A stretch of 57,364 nt of DNA, the filler included, from Sphacelaria rigidula (taxonomy: Eukaryota): NCBI GenBank assembly GCA_964200075.2. It is 4 parts of 4 records of this genome, joined end to end, with 100 filler letters (N's around TTAATTAATTAA, not from the genome) between each part and the next. Parts side by side here need not be neighbours in the genome. Positions count along the whole stretch, not along the records: positions 1 to 14,267 come from CAXNAA020002348.1; 3 more parts are not named here. One strand, written 5' to 3'. The position numbers and the translations under genes were made by a program. Every line of letters starts with the position of its first letter. Positions within the stretch are counted from its first letter, which is position 1. Shown here piece by piece: positions 1 to 14,114 of the stretch. Below the pieces are notes generated by a model. The model searched no databases. It saw only the letters and a list, made by a program, of their open reading frames with translations, and was not told where the DNA came from.

Positions 1-3000
1 TATCCCTTTTGGGCAATCAGGCTCAAGAAATCGTGAATTTGGTGATTTTGAGTCGTGATGATTTGTCCTAACCGTGCAAAGTTTTGCGAAAATCAGGTAA
101 AGTATCAATCCACAAATCGATCGCGACAAAAACACGGTTTCACATCGAAGCGGAACATAACCCGGAACAAACGAAACAAAACTATCACAGACACAACGAA
201 TCACGCCATGGCTATAATACTCCGTCGGCTCCACACCCATGCTGTTCCCTCGGCAGGTATTCCGACTGAAGCCGGGCACGTAAGATAACCATCGACAGCA
301 CAGAGATATCAAATTAGTCGGTCTTAGTGAGGCAACAGTAAAAAAAACGCCGACAAGTTTTTTTTTTCACAAAACCATCCACAGAAATTCTGCAAAGACT
401 GGATCCAAGTGCATAGCCCGGGACACCGTAGCCGCCAACCTCGGTCGAGTCCTCGGGTCGATGCCCCGCAACATGCAGAATGCGAGATCTCAGAGACGGG
501 CGAGATGCTGGTATAACAAGCCTGCACCATTGATATTATAACAGTCATAAAAGTAGAATGCAAAGGGGACACTGCCGACTCATGCAGAACCCTAAGCCAC
601 CTTGTGATTTCCCGTTTTTCAGCCGATCATTTCAAACATCATCGAGCTTCGCGGTTACCGGGTATTGGCGTGTTTCCAGCGCCTGTCGCATGTTTCCTTT
701 ACTATGTAGTACTCTTCGCTATGTGAGGCATATACAGACCGTACCATGCCGTGCCTCAAAATACTACACGGTATCCACCGGGGGACCAACGGGTTCTGCA
801 TCGATTTTGTCGAATTTTACGCGAGAAGAAACATGGCCGGAACGAGCAGCACTATGACGCTTGTCTGCACGGAGGTGGAAAGTGGTCGGGCCTCGGCAAT
901 CCAAATATGAGAGAAAAAAAAAGGGGGAAAAAAAAGAGAAAAAAAGGAGGCGCACATCTTCGGTGCGGCCGCGTATGAATAATCTAATATTGGTGCTACT
1001 CTTCCACCAAAAAACCAACACTGAATGACCAGATTAATGTCCTTGGTATAGGACGTTTCTTGGGCGAGCCGCTGACGGACACTTGATCCAAGGGGGAAAA
1101 CATCTTCGGGACTTGCCGTGAAGACTTTGGAGAAGGGCAAAATATTATACGCCCTGGCTCCTCGTTGGTCGACACTGAAAAAAGGGTTGACACCTAGATA
1201 CCCACACTTTTCTAAACGAATGCACCTAACCAGCGCCACCCGAATAATAACCTACGGGTTCGTAGCTTTGTCATCAGCCGAGAGCCCTCAGCTCATGCTC
1301 TATAACACCTGAGAGGTTGAACGACACCTCCGTACTTTGAGCGTCTTGCGCAAATTTGAGGTACTTGTCTTCTCCAGTCGGGGATAGCACACAAAGCAGT
1401 ACTGTAACGGTGTTGTCGTGGGTCCTTGTCGTTGCTGCGACTGGCGAAGCACATCGCATCTCCCCAGGAGCGCGCACAAACTGCGGTGACTCTTGAAATA
1501 CGACACGGATCACAGTCAAACCAGGTCTGGCGTGGGAAGCTGGGCACTGCCGAAGAGCCTTGCGGCTACTGCACGAGAGCTGAGAAAAGTGGTGCGAGTC
1601 GTATGTTCCTCGACACCACCGTATCACATAGTGCGGCACAGGCGACCTCTTTCCGCTTTATTCCCCTGATCTAATAGTAAAATCTATCCGTGGCATTTGC
1701 CGATTGAAACGCATGTGTCTGTTCGAGCGCCAAACTTGTTACGTCACCGTCATGAGGGATAGCTGTTACCGGAGGCACTGTTATGGGGGTGAATGAATGC
1801 CTTACCGACCGAAGATCCGTTTCCCACAAAAAAAAATGAATGCGGACGAATATTGATCACGTATTGAAGACGTCATAGACTGGTTGGGCCTGTGCCGAAC
1901 CTGTGCCGAACATAACATACGCTCCATCTTAAGTTACCTAGTTTTAGTATGCGACAGATGTGATTTTTTCATCGCAATTATCTCGAGACAGGAAGCACAG
2001 CGGCCTTTGGAACTCCACAGCCCCCCCCCCACACTAGACCTAGAAGGGGTGGCGGCGGGCTTGCTCAATTCGCCACAGCGGATCCGAAAAGCCCCAGAAC
2101 ATTGCAGGAAACGCGTTTTTTAGTACATTTTGTGTTTGGTGCAGCGGTTTGCTAAGCCCTGCAGGCTCCGCGGCACGCGTACGGAAACCTGCTGCCACAC
2201 TTGAAAGTTCCGGTGTGTGGGAAGCGCACGCATCAAACCGCAGTCCAATCCTCTGCTTTGTCGCCGAGAAACCTGCGTTGAAAAATCGGCACTTGCGGCT
2301 TCAAGACCAGCAGCGTTTATCGAGGTGAAAAATACGGAATTCTCAAAAGTCCGGTGTTTCGAAGCTCAAGAAAAAAGCGAACTCCCGCGTGGCATGGACG
2401 AAGTACAAGGAAAAAAACGGCCGAGACTTATCCTGTGCCCTGACAGCCGCGCGCAAGGTCAAGGCGGCGCCTCAACGCGCAGAGAAGGCTGAAAAATACC
2501 TCAACCCAATACACCGAACTGCTCAACGCGGTCACCGAAAAGCTTGACGCGTCTGTTTCATGTCAGAGTGTTGGGTCCAGCGCATAAGCTAAGCCCGTGC
2601 GCCCAATTTTTATTTTGGTCCTTTCACAGTCGGTAGACAGCGATGATGTTTTCCGTAACTGACTGTGCATACGAATAACAATATGTGAACAATGCAACAT
2701 GGGGCAAGCTTCGATTTGAAGGGTACGTGTATGTATCTTCCATCCTGCCATGTGGTGTTTTTTTCTTGTATGCACTTGTGTACAAGGGGCAATTCGTTCT
2801 CCCCACGTAAAGTACCACGAACCATATAGTTTGCTCTGATCAAAATCGGGTGTGTTGTGTCTACGCTGTCGAGCGCACAAGCCAGGGTCTCAAGCGCGGT
2901 CTTTTCTATGTTCGATGCACTGCCTTTGACATACCGAAGACAGGCATGACGTTTGCTGTCACTACTGCCTGTGTACATTGATAACAAGACAACATAAGGA

Positions 3001-6000
3001 AACTTTGAGTCTGGACAGGCAGGATATTTGCGCAGTTTTCTCCGTACACCAGCGACAATCAGAGAAAATGTTACATTCTCGAAGTTCAGTAGGCTTAGTG
3101 ACGAAGCGCATGACAGCGCCAAGCGATTTGCGATGGCGGATAGCCCGATCACGTGCCGTTACGTGCTGGTTTCCTCTGTGTGGCTGTGCAAAGCAACTTC
3201 GCGTCACAACAGCAAGTACCCGTCCCTTCTCGAGTTGCAGTGGGCAAGGTTACACATGAAAGTCGCCTGAGCGTACGTCGGACTGATCAAGCGCAGGAAC
3301 CCACGTGTGAAGAGCGGTTTTGACCATCGTCGGTGTACCGCACTTCACTGACTGATAACAGCAGCCATGATATTTGTTGCCACTGCCGCCTGTGTACACT
3401 AACAACAATATGTAAACATCGCGGTTGGCAAACTGCAGTTTCGATCGAATGCTTGGTCTCATTACTGTATCCTACAAAGTAAAAATAGGCCAGGGCATTT
3501 GCGCCAAAATGCGCATTCCAGCACTTGTTCTGTGCCGATGTAATGTGAAATGGATATGTGGGGACCTTGATCACGCAGCGCTCCTTTTGCGCTGCCGTGG
3601 TGATCGGCATGACACAAAAGGCAACGTGACGTTTCAACGCTGAAAGCTCCAAACGTCTTGTCTTGTGCCGTAGTGGTGGGGATCGCCGTTGACGATTAGC
3701 TTTCAGGAGTGGAGAACACAAAAGTGATTGCTGATGCTGAGAAGGGCGGTGAGTGTGGGGTGCAACGTAGTGGGCGTGTGCTTCCCGTGTGCAACAGCTA
3801 CACGATACAAGCACACACCAATATATAACAGCGGTTACCGGAGCATCTGCATTTCCGCGACACCGACCACTCACAGGGTTGTCAATATGTACTGAAGTAA
3901 GACTACATTTCATATGAGCGAGGTCGTTATTTGGAGATGACGTGTGTATTTATGATTGATACGATCGACTCGACTACGGGTCATTTTTTCTGCAGTGGAT
4001 AGTGGTCGGTCCATTTTACCGATATATAGTGCCCAAAACAGGGCCTCATTCACCCTCATAACTGTCGTCAAGGACGAGACCGTTTCAGCAAAGCCGGTCT
4101 TGCCACCGCGGCCTCACGATTGCACAGCTATCGACGTTTTGTTACGGGCGCTGGACACATATCAAGTCATGTTAATCGTATTGCGTGTGTTGAAAAACCT
4201 CGAACAAGAGCGGTCCTACATTTGCCTGACCGAAATAGAAAATCTAGAGTAAGATTTCAAACGTCGACTCTTGAGCTCACAACAAGTGATTGAAAGGTCC
4301 GAGTGAGCATCTCTGTGTTACTCACTCTCGCAGCTATGATAATCGTATCATCAATTTCAACGCGTAGGGCACCTCTTCTGTTCACCGTTTTGGCCATTAA
4401 TAACTGTATATTGAGATACTGTACACCCTCGACGCACCGATATGACTTCACTACAAAATTTGTCTAGCCCATCGGAATATGACTATATGTTGCCGCCATA
4501 ATATGTCTACTATTGTTTACGGCGAGTGATTGTTTTGCTCGAGCAATTAATATTGAAACGCGTTTCAGGCGCCCATGCTGCCCGAACAGGGTAATTGAGA
4601 GTAAATTAAAAACACGTGCAAGGGATTTATTGGACGACCACCACATACAGTGTAGGCGGTCTAACTACTTCCGGGTGTTCTGGGGTTTTCCTCGCGTACT
4701 ACTATTCGATATCACTCGAAATTGATAGCGTCGGTAGATTTTGGTACAACAAAGTCAGTGTTAGTGGGTGTTATCGGGCGAAACGAGTAAATGCCTCGTT
4801 CATCAGGAGGGTGTTATTGACCGTGAACACACAGTTTTTCGCCCCTAGTGCAATGAGTAGGCAGAATTTCGAAAACATAAAAGTGTACATTTCTTTAGAA
4901 ATATGATCGGGACGGGCTCGATCGACCGAAAATACAGAAGAGTAAGAATCTGGGCCGAAACGTTGCAGGACCCCCAATTACCGATCAGTCCGTAAGTCAC
5001 TCAATATTGAGTACACAAGGATTTTTTCTTCTTGGAGTGTAGAGCGGATACAAACAATTTCAGATCCCTGGTGTGATAAGCGGTGGCAAGCGAAAAGAGC
5101 CCAAGGAAATTGCCAATTACGAAATTATCACAAAATGCCAGAAAATGATGAGTAAGGCCGCCCACTACTGTATATCGTTAAGCATGAGGGGTAATCGTGT
5201 TGCCCAACAAATGCAACATCATGGCATACGCGCGGCGGTTGAAATTTCTGGCGGCGGAAAAGTGACTTCGACACGTAATAACACGGGTACTTACGGATTA
5301 GGGGGGTGATCTTGGGGAGTTGTTATTCTCCGTTGCAACCATCAAAGCTACTGTTGAATATAAAAAACGCGGGTACGCGCGGGTCTGAGAGGTGGTTCTC
5401 TAATTCTTCATTCGAACCCGCGATCATGGCGCTTGAATGGCCCTCATGTACTCATTGAATCACCGGGGTGCGGCCGCTGTTTTACGTCCGATATTCATGT
5501 ACAACAAAGCACCTCAGGTACACATGTATCCACATCAAATTATGTTGACACGAAACACCTGCTTGAATGTACGGTTAGATGTTGAACCTTTGTGTAGAAA
5601 TCAGTTCCGAGAACGCCTGCCGGCGTAGCCCAGTAGAGTTTCCCCGCTACGTAGCCCCCAATCCACGGTTGAAACATACTTGAGTTTAGTATGAGAATCG
5701 ATTTTCGGATCTCCTGTGGGGCTGACGGTCTCAAGTGCCTTTAACACAGGAAGATAGCGCTTTTGTCCAAATCAGCGCCACAGGCGCCAATTTGACGTCG
5801 GCCAACGCGCACTTTGCCAAGGGCACCCTCTGCATCCACCTCTCCCGAGGGTTTTCGGTATGCCTTGGTTGGGATGACGGGTCAAGGATGGGGTTTAGGG
5901 TCATTAAAAAAATCTGTCAGTCATGGATTTGGGACGACTACGAACTGAGGTAAACCCTTCTCGTGTAGCCAGTCAACGAAAAAGTCCCCCCCCCCCCCCC

Positions 6001-8822
6001 ATCTTTTTTGGTGCCGACGAAAACGTACAGTACATCACGACATCACCGGGCTGATGTCCCTGTGAGGGGCACTGCATTCCCGCTACCGTTACACACTGCT
6101 GGGATACGCAAAGACAATACGTCAATGCACCCATACATCCTCTCCGGCTTCGTTTCCCCCTTTTTTGCACTCTCAGGGAGGTGAGGACAGGGATCTTTTA
6201 CAGCGAATATCGTTTCAACCCTACCGTACTGTATTGTCTGCATGCCCATAGCTCGCTCATTCACGGTCCATGTTCACCATGGCTAGATTTGTACTGTACA
6301 GTCAGGGGGATTCGAGAGGTACAGTGCGGGTTGTGCGGCATGTGTTTTCATCTTTTTGTCATGAGAACAAATACATTTTTGCGCAGTGATGCGCCCACCC
6401 TGTGTGAAATGCCAGCTGCAACAAGCTGCGAAACCCCTTGCATGCACGTAGAAACGGCAACTTTGACGTAGAACCGCTTGCTACTGACGGGACGCAGTGC
6501 GCCTTGACGTGTACCACTACGTTCTCACGCTCGAGACGCCGTGAACAATTCCAGCGGTTTTTCTGGGCGCTTTGAGCAAATTCTGTGAAAACTCCGTTAT
6601 AGACTTATGGAAGAGCGTTATACTCTCAGCTCGAAACTGCACGACGAAAATGAAGATCGATCTCATTGGTACATAGCAGTACGTCTATGCGGACACACCA
6701 CCAATCAGCTCTTCGAAACTCGTCTCTTCGAGTGGTTCTACAAAACCATGGGCGGTTCGAAGGGCACCGTGCACCTCGGTCAATGTTTGGAAGTGGCAAG
6801 AACAAATGGAAAGGAAAGATAGTAAGAAATTCAAACGAGGAAGCGCGAATAAAAGGCGTCCCGGATGCGAGAGTCAAGCCAGCGGGCAACGGGGAGGAGA
6901 CCGCAGCGCTCAAACGCAGCGTGCAGCTTCTAAAGAAGGTGCGACATGAGGGAGGATGTGTCGAGATCACCTGTCATTTCTTGTCGCTGTGGCGCATTGC
7001 CTCTGCCTTGAGTTGTTTTTTGCACCCGTGCCACTATGGTAACCGTTTGATTTGGTATATTCCTATTTTTGAGTACAGCCGAGTTTCCATGTTGCACTCG
7101 TGGGTGAGGTGGACAGACTGGAAGTGTTACGCCTTCACATATTTTCTGTTTGGAGGTGTTTCATGTATTGCCAGACATCGAGACTTGCGTGAGCACACTG
7201 GACTTGCGGCGAATATTTTCACGTCAAAGTCGCTCGGGGCCTCTTCGAGAGATGCGTGTTTGTACTGCTGCCGTTGGCTGGTTTATTATCTACACCGCCG
7301 TCTGTCGCCTGCGGTGTGCGTTCGCTTCATCGCTGTGTTGTGTCAATCCAGTGTCCGCCTACATACTGCACTGCCTTGTCCGGTTGCTGTGCTGCCACAG
7401 CTAGCTAGCGGTTAGTACAGCCTGAGCCGTCTGTACCGCTCGTCCGGCATAACAGCAATACGACGGTGCACTTCAGTAGGGAGCAACAAATTACGGACCG
7501 AACACAAATTCTGGCACTCTTTGTGATATTCCCTACATCACGATTTTTTATCGATCCTACAGTAGAAGAACAGAGTGCCGATTGTCACCACAGGAAAAAT
7601 AACCCTTCGTGAGTAGCGCTGCAAGCGGTCACCGCCGCTGGTGGCGGCAGCAGCAATCAGCGGCCGCCGCTGGCAAGCTCTCCGCGTATCGTAGTCACCA
7701 CGGAAACACTTACGGCTGTTTCGTGTCCGTGTCCCATTTGCCATCACAACGGCATCCCCCCTCCCCCTCCCCCCCCCCGATTTTTCGCCCATAAAAATCA
7801 AAGTTTTTCTTCTACATCAACCTAAATTCAGTGTGCGAGACTGGCTCAAACCACACCTCTAGAATAGGCCTGACGGTGTATCATCGCTCGTCACTGCGCA
7901 CATTTACGCCGCTTTGGGCGTGTGAGCATCGTGCCATGATGTGCTCGACGCAGCTCTCTCGACAACACGGGAGGGGGCACGTTGTCTGAAATACTGCTCC
8001 TCACCATGCAATTTTACCCATTGTGCCCGCAGGAACATGGAATGCCCTTGCCGCCAGTCCGCAATAATATGCAATTTGTAGCAGACTGGAGCTAATCGTT
8101 TTTCTGCTTTTCATTAATCAGAAGACCTCTCTCTCTCTTGATTTCGAGCGAGATCTGAGGTATTTAACCTGCCAACATTTTCCCTAGAAATGCACACGGT
8201 TGACTTATGAAGATTTTTGGGTGACCTGAGAACCAGCGTCCCCTCCTCATCAACAACTACACATACCACTGGAAGCCTCTACATACCCCAGGACTGTCAG
8301 CCGACATAAATATTCCAAGGTGAAGCTGGCGGTCAGTACGTTAGTGTACGAAGATTGATCAACTCATCATTTATCCATAAATCAACAGCAAAGCATATCT
8401 TACCGTGGAAATATATCTCGGCCGTTTCGTACATAGTACAGAAGAGGTGTCCACGACTGAATCAAACCCGCGCATGTATGCACGTGTAGTACAACACAGC
8501 CACTTGAGCTGGATACAGGGGCTGCGGCTGCAGGCACCTCAAACGAAAAAACGAGGGCAACATAAGCCACCGAGTTGTCTAGAGGGGTAAGCGAGAAGCG
8601 TCACCAACAGCCTGCAGTAGTGCCAAGCAGCGTCGAAGATCGAAACGAGAACTTGGTCCGATCCATATTTTGAAACAATCGATGAAAAAAAGTTGGCATC
8701 AAAATATTTTTCAAAACAAGGACGATACGCACGATACTCGATCTCCATTCGATATAATCCGCTGCTTTTGTATCGGTCACAGTGTGCACTCGAGCGTTCA
8801 AGACGAGGGAGGAACAGCAGTA

Positions 8823-10713
8823 CAGTTATGGGCGCGCCTGACCCCCCAAAATGAGCCCAAAAAGTGTCACCGACCAAAAGCACGAACAGACCGGAGATCT
8901 CCTTTATCCCCTGATTATGCACGCCGTAAAATCCCCTCAAGTACTTGTGATTTGAGTGGGGTTTCCACTCGATGATTTCCCATTTTCGTTGTCCCGGGCT
9001 ACGAACCACGGCGTGCCTAGGCTACTCACGGGCGTGTATTTGTCTAAGCTACAATCTGGGAACATTGTGGAACCAAAGGAGTTATGGTGATTGAGAAAAT
9101 CGCGAAAAAAACATGTTTTTTCCACTTAATTTGTTATAAAACGCGAATCCCGATGAGATAAAAAAAATCGACCACCGAATTTGTAGCTGCCGTCTTGGCG
9201 CAAATGATGCAAAAAAATCGCATCCCAATCGATCGCCTTGGCGATGAGTGATGGGGGCAACCGTTTGGGCTACGGGCGCAAACCAGCACCCCTCGCCAGT
9301 TTTCACGACATGCGAAAACGCCACCTCTGTCCAACGGCCTCAGAATAGATTACACCCATGAATGACTCTTGATACTGCAGATGGTTGATACATCCCATGT
9401 GTGGAATGTTCGGCAGGTGTAGAATTTGAACCTTTGACCGAACCCCTAGAGGCTTCCGTGTGTGCTGATATTTACCCCCATCTGTGCATTGCTTGTGATG
9501 GTGGCAAGAGTAGCGCTCGTTCTCCTGCACCCGGTGCCATCATCACGCCACCATATGTAGCGTAGCTTTGTATCTAATTTCACCTGGCAGCAAGTGTGGA
9601 CAAACTCTGAACTGAAGAAGAAAAGGAAGCCACAGAGCATGCTAGAAGCACAGCTCCCATGAAAAGATCCAGATTTCGGTGTTCATAATAAAATCAAGAT
9701 GGATCAACTTACCCTCCCGAATGGTCGACTATACTGCGTCAAGGCGACACAGAAGACAGCATAAAGTCGTCAGCCCACTTTTGCTGAAGCCACATGGCAC
9801 CGAAGCCCCATTCATGTCTTTCAGTGCACCAACCCATCCTATGACACGCGTTCGTTGTATCGGCAGTGGTGGGTGACGGCCGACGGTTCGTTTTCATTCC
9901 CTCTTGGAACACGATATTCTAGGAGTCCGATGAAAATCATGCATATTCATGAAATGAGAAGGCATACCCACGGAAAAACAAATACGCTGCACAGGGCGAG
10001 TCATTCATCCGCTAAAATTGTAGAACGATGAACATGACGAGGAAGTCGACCAACATCCGCCCAGCCTACATAACACACCCGGCGACTGTACTCCACTCGT
10101 CTGTGTAACTGCCGTCCTCGTCGTAGTTCATCAGTACATGTGGTTCTGTCGCATATTGTGCATATGATTTTGCAAAAATAAATGGTTCAGCGTTCCCGTT
10201 TCAGGCGTTGGGCTACAAATGTTCATGTTTGATATTACTTTGTTTGAATGTGTGCAATAATAATCGGATCGCAAGTAGCACTGACAGTCCCGTGGGCTCC
10301 TCGTGTGAGCAGGACGCGTTTTCGTTGAAATCGGCGCCACGGGCGCAGATTTGGGGTCTACCAAGGCCTCACTTTGTTCAGAGAATGTATGTACCGCCCG
10401 CCCTTGCCCGAGGGTTCTCGGTGTGCGTTGGGTTGGCTCAACCCAACTAGCCTCCTGGCATTCCAGCGTATCGCAACCATGGACGAAAAGCTACGCAGTG
10501 GCATGCAATAAATGTGGAACAACAACGAAAGTAACGGTAGGGTTCTCTATACGAATTTTTGGATCCATGTCGTTCTCCTCTGATGACGTTAGGCATATTC
10601 TACCCCGACGAGCCTGAATAAGCCCCAAAAGTCGATCTGTTCGTGTTTTTTCGTGATTTTGGTCGGTGACACTTTCTTTGCCCAGTTTGGGGGGTCAGGC
10701 GCGCCCATAACAG
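8823..10713. mobile_element. Non-autonomous TIR DNA transposon (~1.9 kb), Tc1/mariner-like termini
   Basis: Left end TA|CAGTTATGGGCGCGCCTGACCCCCCAAAATGAGCCCAAAAAGTGTCACCGACCAAAA is an imperfect inverted copy (~55-70 bp) of the right end ...TTTTGGTCGGTGACACTTTCTTTGCCCAGTTTGGGGGGTCAGGCGCGCCCATAACAG|TA. It is flanked by TA on both sides. No recognisable transposase ORF inside. Confidence 0.75.
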
Positions 10714-11335
10714 TAGATAGAAGATAGACTAGTGCAGGTTCTAGTACTGTATACAAAACAAATATGCCACGGAGGTGCGCTTTAGCAACCGTCATAAACA
10801 GTAGTTTCTGTGTCTGATCCATGATATGCTCGTGGTACAACAGGTTGATCAGAGCAGGACGACGTGCGTAGTTGTTTCAAACAAGGCAGCCTTGGGGACT
10901 TTGGCACTCAGTTTGCACTACAGCAGAAATGATCTCACTAGATCTGGCAGGACTAAGATACTTAATCGAGCTGCACACCTGACTGCGATAGTTCTCCCGC
11001 AACACTTCCTCCCCGCACATGCAAAATGCGCATACTGCGGGAAATTCACCAAATACACCGAAGCAAGGTGGGTTCTACAGCTGTAGTTGCAGATTCAAAC
11101 GAACGCTTTGCTTTATTGAGGGACCTAGGGTTAGAGCCGCCCATGTGCCACGCGACCTTGTGGCACCCGTGTAGGAACACGAGGTTGTTGACCGACTAAC
11201 ATAGGGCCCCAACCTGTTCCGTTTCTTAGAGACGACCTTCACGGCGGTGGAGAAGACACGCTGCGACTGGTTTTGTGTTGTTTCTTGTGAGAGGTGTGTG
11301 TGTGGGGGAGGGGGGGGGGAGTTTTAGAGCAGAGG

Positions 11336-11688
11336 GCCAGTCGCCTCGGTGACTCAGTTGGTGACCTCGAAACCTTCCGATCGATGGGATATGGGTGTGA
11401 GCACGATGTGGGATTTTTTCTCAAATCATGGCCAACAATGTAAAGCGACTATGTCGTGGGCACACGAAATTCGACGTCACGGTCGACCAGGGAAAGGGGT
11501 GCCGGCATCCTTCTCGCGATGAAAAAGCAAGGCGAGCATCGCAGAAGGAAAGTCTAGTGCTGGAACGAAACGAAAACTCCTGTGGTGACCTCCCTCCTGT
11601 GTGATCTCGGCTGCTGAGCCCACATACACCGAAAGGTGTAAACTAGCGTCCAGAATAGATGGGATGGCAGCGCACACACATACACACG
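11336..11688 (+). mobile_element. tRNA-derived SINE, diverged copy
   Basis: The head GTCGCCTCGGTGACTCAGTTGGTGACCTCGAAACC carries an A-box-like motif. The body matches the reverse complement of the copies at 55.75-56.49 kb, and the copy ends in a (CA)n tail. Confidence 0.75.
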
Positions 11689-12504
11689 CACGGGGGCCTC
11701 TGGGGTAGCTGAAATGACCACCCCGCACACGTTCTTGGGAAATGGGGCCAGACACCGGGAAGAGTCGAGAATCCAAACTCGGTACTATGTACTACGTAGA
11801 GAGTTTCGAAAAATCAAAATTCATTTCAGAATCAGAGTGGAAGAACTTCAGAACGGAAGCCGATATAACGCGGCTTGACGTGGATTTTCAGGTCGCAGAT
11901 ATTGGTCGCAGGTTCCCCCGTCAAATGTGCGACCGACCAGCGTCCGGTTCGAACATGCATAGGCCAGCACAACACTGTACAGCAGTACCGAGTCTGTGTT
12001 GTACCGTACCCTGCGGCACCGTACCGTACCCTACGCTTTACTGCACTTGCGCTACTTCAGTGCACTACGATGCACTACAGGGCACTGTAGTGCTGTGCAG
12101 TATATTGCGGTACAGTGAAGTACAGCGATACCGTAGAGGCAGCACAAGAGCACTTCAAAAGAACAGGTAAGGTCATATTACAATGATATGCAACATACCA
12201 CCCATAACGGTGGTGCAAGACGTCATGACCTCTAACGGAACGGCAATGCAGCCAGGTGCAGCACTGCGTGTGCGCTGCAGACTACGAATCGCTCATATCG
12301 TCTTCTTCCAGCTGCCGGCGAGAGTGAGGAGCTGCACCTAAAGCGACATCTTGTACGCGCTTGAATTTTACGCAACACAACCAAGCGAATGCTGGTACCG
12401 CATGGAGACCCTCTCTTTGCGATGCAAGTGTTGCCACTTCGTGACTTGTCCATTGCGATAAACATGACACTTGTGATGGACGTCCCACTTTGTTAGACCC
12501 ACTT

Positions 12505-13680
12505 TTGTGGCAGGCACGAATCTCGATTTTTTCAAAATCAGGGGGTGGAGGGAAATCGGAGAACGCATTTTATGGACGCGGATTTGGACCAAATTAGGGG
12601 CGAAAAAATCGGGGGGTCACGATCTCGGAACGGTTTCCCCCGATTTTTCGAAAGAATCGGGGAAAATCGTTCCGAGATCGTGACTTGCTCCAATTTTTTT
12701 AGGTGACGTACGTGCATTGACGTACAATGCTAGAGTACGAGGCGTTTGATATTTTTGTAACGGCAGCAGAGGACAGTCTCGTGACAGCACAGGGCAGCCT
12801 ACTGCCCGCCCCAGCTCTGAAGCAACTTCGCACGGGGTTTTGCACGGGGTTTGACAAGCGGATAATAAGCGCTGACGCCATACCCGGCGGCGATGGTAAT
12901 ATTTTATGCTGCGCTACGCTGCCATATGTATCACGTCACGAACGCTACTAATTTTTTTTTCGTGAGATTGAGAACATAGGTTACGATTGAGAGTGAAAAG
13001 CGGTCAATTTGTGAATGAACCGTTTCAGTTCCGAAATGCCCCTCCACGAGGTCCAATATGCTTCCTGTTGTAGCTTGCCACTTAAGGCCTTGATATCCCT
13101 GCGTAGAATATCGAAGTGTAGCTGTAAGCACACGTCAGTGATATAGGCAAAGAAAAGCACATTCGGAGCGAAAAATTGGCAAAGGTAAAGCGAATGATCA
13201 AAGTCAGTCCCAATCAGTGCTCTACTCTCAATCTCACGAAAACGCTGTTTACTGTACTCTCCTAGCTGTTGTCGCCATACTTGAGGGATTATGTATGGCA
13301 CTGCGCACTACTGGACTCTGCTCGCGCACTGTTCGTTCTCTGTTCTCGCAATACCGGCTGTGCCATCATGTACTACCACACGACATTATCATGTACTGTA
13401 CTGATGCAGGGTCCTGCACTCTATTACCCTAGGGTACCAACTACGACACGGTATTCAAAGAATTGTTTACCGCCTGCCTGTTCTTCCGCTTCATGCACGA
13501 GTACGCAGTACCGCACACTCATGCAGGAAATGACTGTCGGTGTACAGAATCGTTTAACAAATCTGTGATTCTGTACTGTCTGTACCATAAAATGGTCACC
13601 CCGATTCTGAGTCCACGAACTTGATTCCCCCCGATTTTGAAAAAGAGATTCGGTGCCAGAAAAAAAGAGATTTGGTGCCA
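12505..13680 (-). mobile_element. Decayed TIR DNA transposon with a PIF/Harbinger-like transposase remnant
   Basis: Imperfect inverted repeats 12510-12575 (GGCACGAATCTC..TTTTTCAAAATC.GGGG..CATTTTATGG) and 13584-13660. Minus-strand frameshifted fragments 12931-13301 read PNVLFFAYITDV...YQGLKWQATTGSILDLVEGHFG, which resembles the G(F)IDGT...HGLKxQ...G.I.DL.GP..G pattern of DDE_Tnp_4 transposases. Confidence 0.45.
12615..12684. repeat. Near-perfect ~70-bp palindrome (hairpin)
   Basis: GTCACGATCTCGGAACGGTTTCCCCCGATTTTTCGAAAGAATCGGGGAAAATCGTTCCGAGATCGTGAC: the two arms are reverse complements with few mismatches. Confidence 0.85.
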
Positions 13681-13906
13681 TATAAGTGAGTCTCGAGGGA
13701 TATTTACAGTGAAGTGGCTGTGGCAGTGGTGGTGGGGGTGAGGATGGTTCCTTTTCGTTCCGTTGTGAAGGCTGAAGAGACACATCTGGTTTCAGAGTGG
13801 AGCGCTCCAGATAGGACTCTGACGCTGAAAAGCTGCCTCTGAATATTTTTCATAGTGGAACTTATACCGTTACCGGCTTCTCCTCCTTCCGTCCTGACTC
13901 TAAATT

Positions 13907-14114
13907 GTGTTGTGTGTGTTGGCGTCCCATCTACTCTGAACGCCGGTCTACACCTTTCGGTATACTGTATGTGGGCGCACCAGCCGGGGTCACACATGAG
14001 GCAGATCAACACAGGAGTTTTTTTTTTTTTTTAGTACTCCACCTTCCTTCTGTGGTGCTTGCCTTTATTGTTTCATCACGAGAGAAATTCAGCAGTCCCT
14101 TTCCTCGTCGACCG
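13907..14114 (-). mobile_element. 3' portion of the same tRNA-SINE family, cut off at a TTAA
   Basis: Matches the 3' half of the 55752-56110 and 56130-56485 copies (GTGTGTGT..CGTCCCATCTA.TCTG.ACGCCGGTCTACACCTTTCGG...CCCTTTCCTCGTCGACCG). Homology stops at TTAA 14115. Confidence 0.8.

Noticed and set aside
6666-7415. 249-aa plus-strand ORF
   Set aside because: No recognisable motif, and the Cys/Arg/Leu-rich composition is typical of chance ORFs in this DNA.
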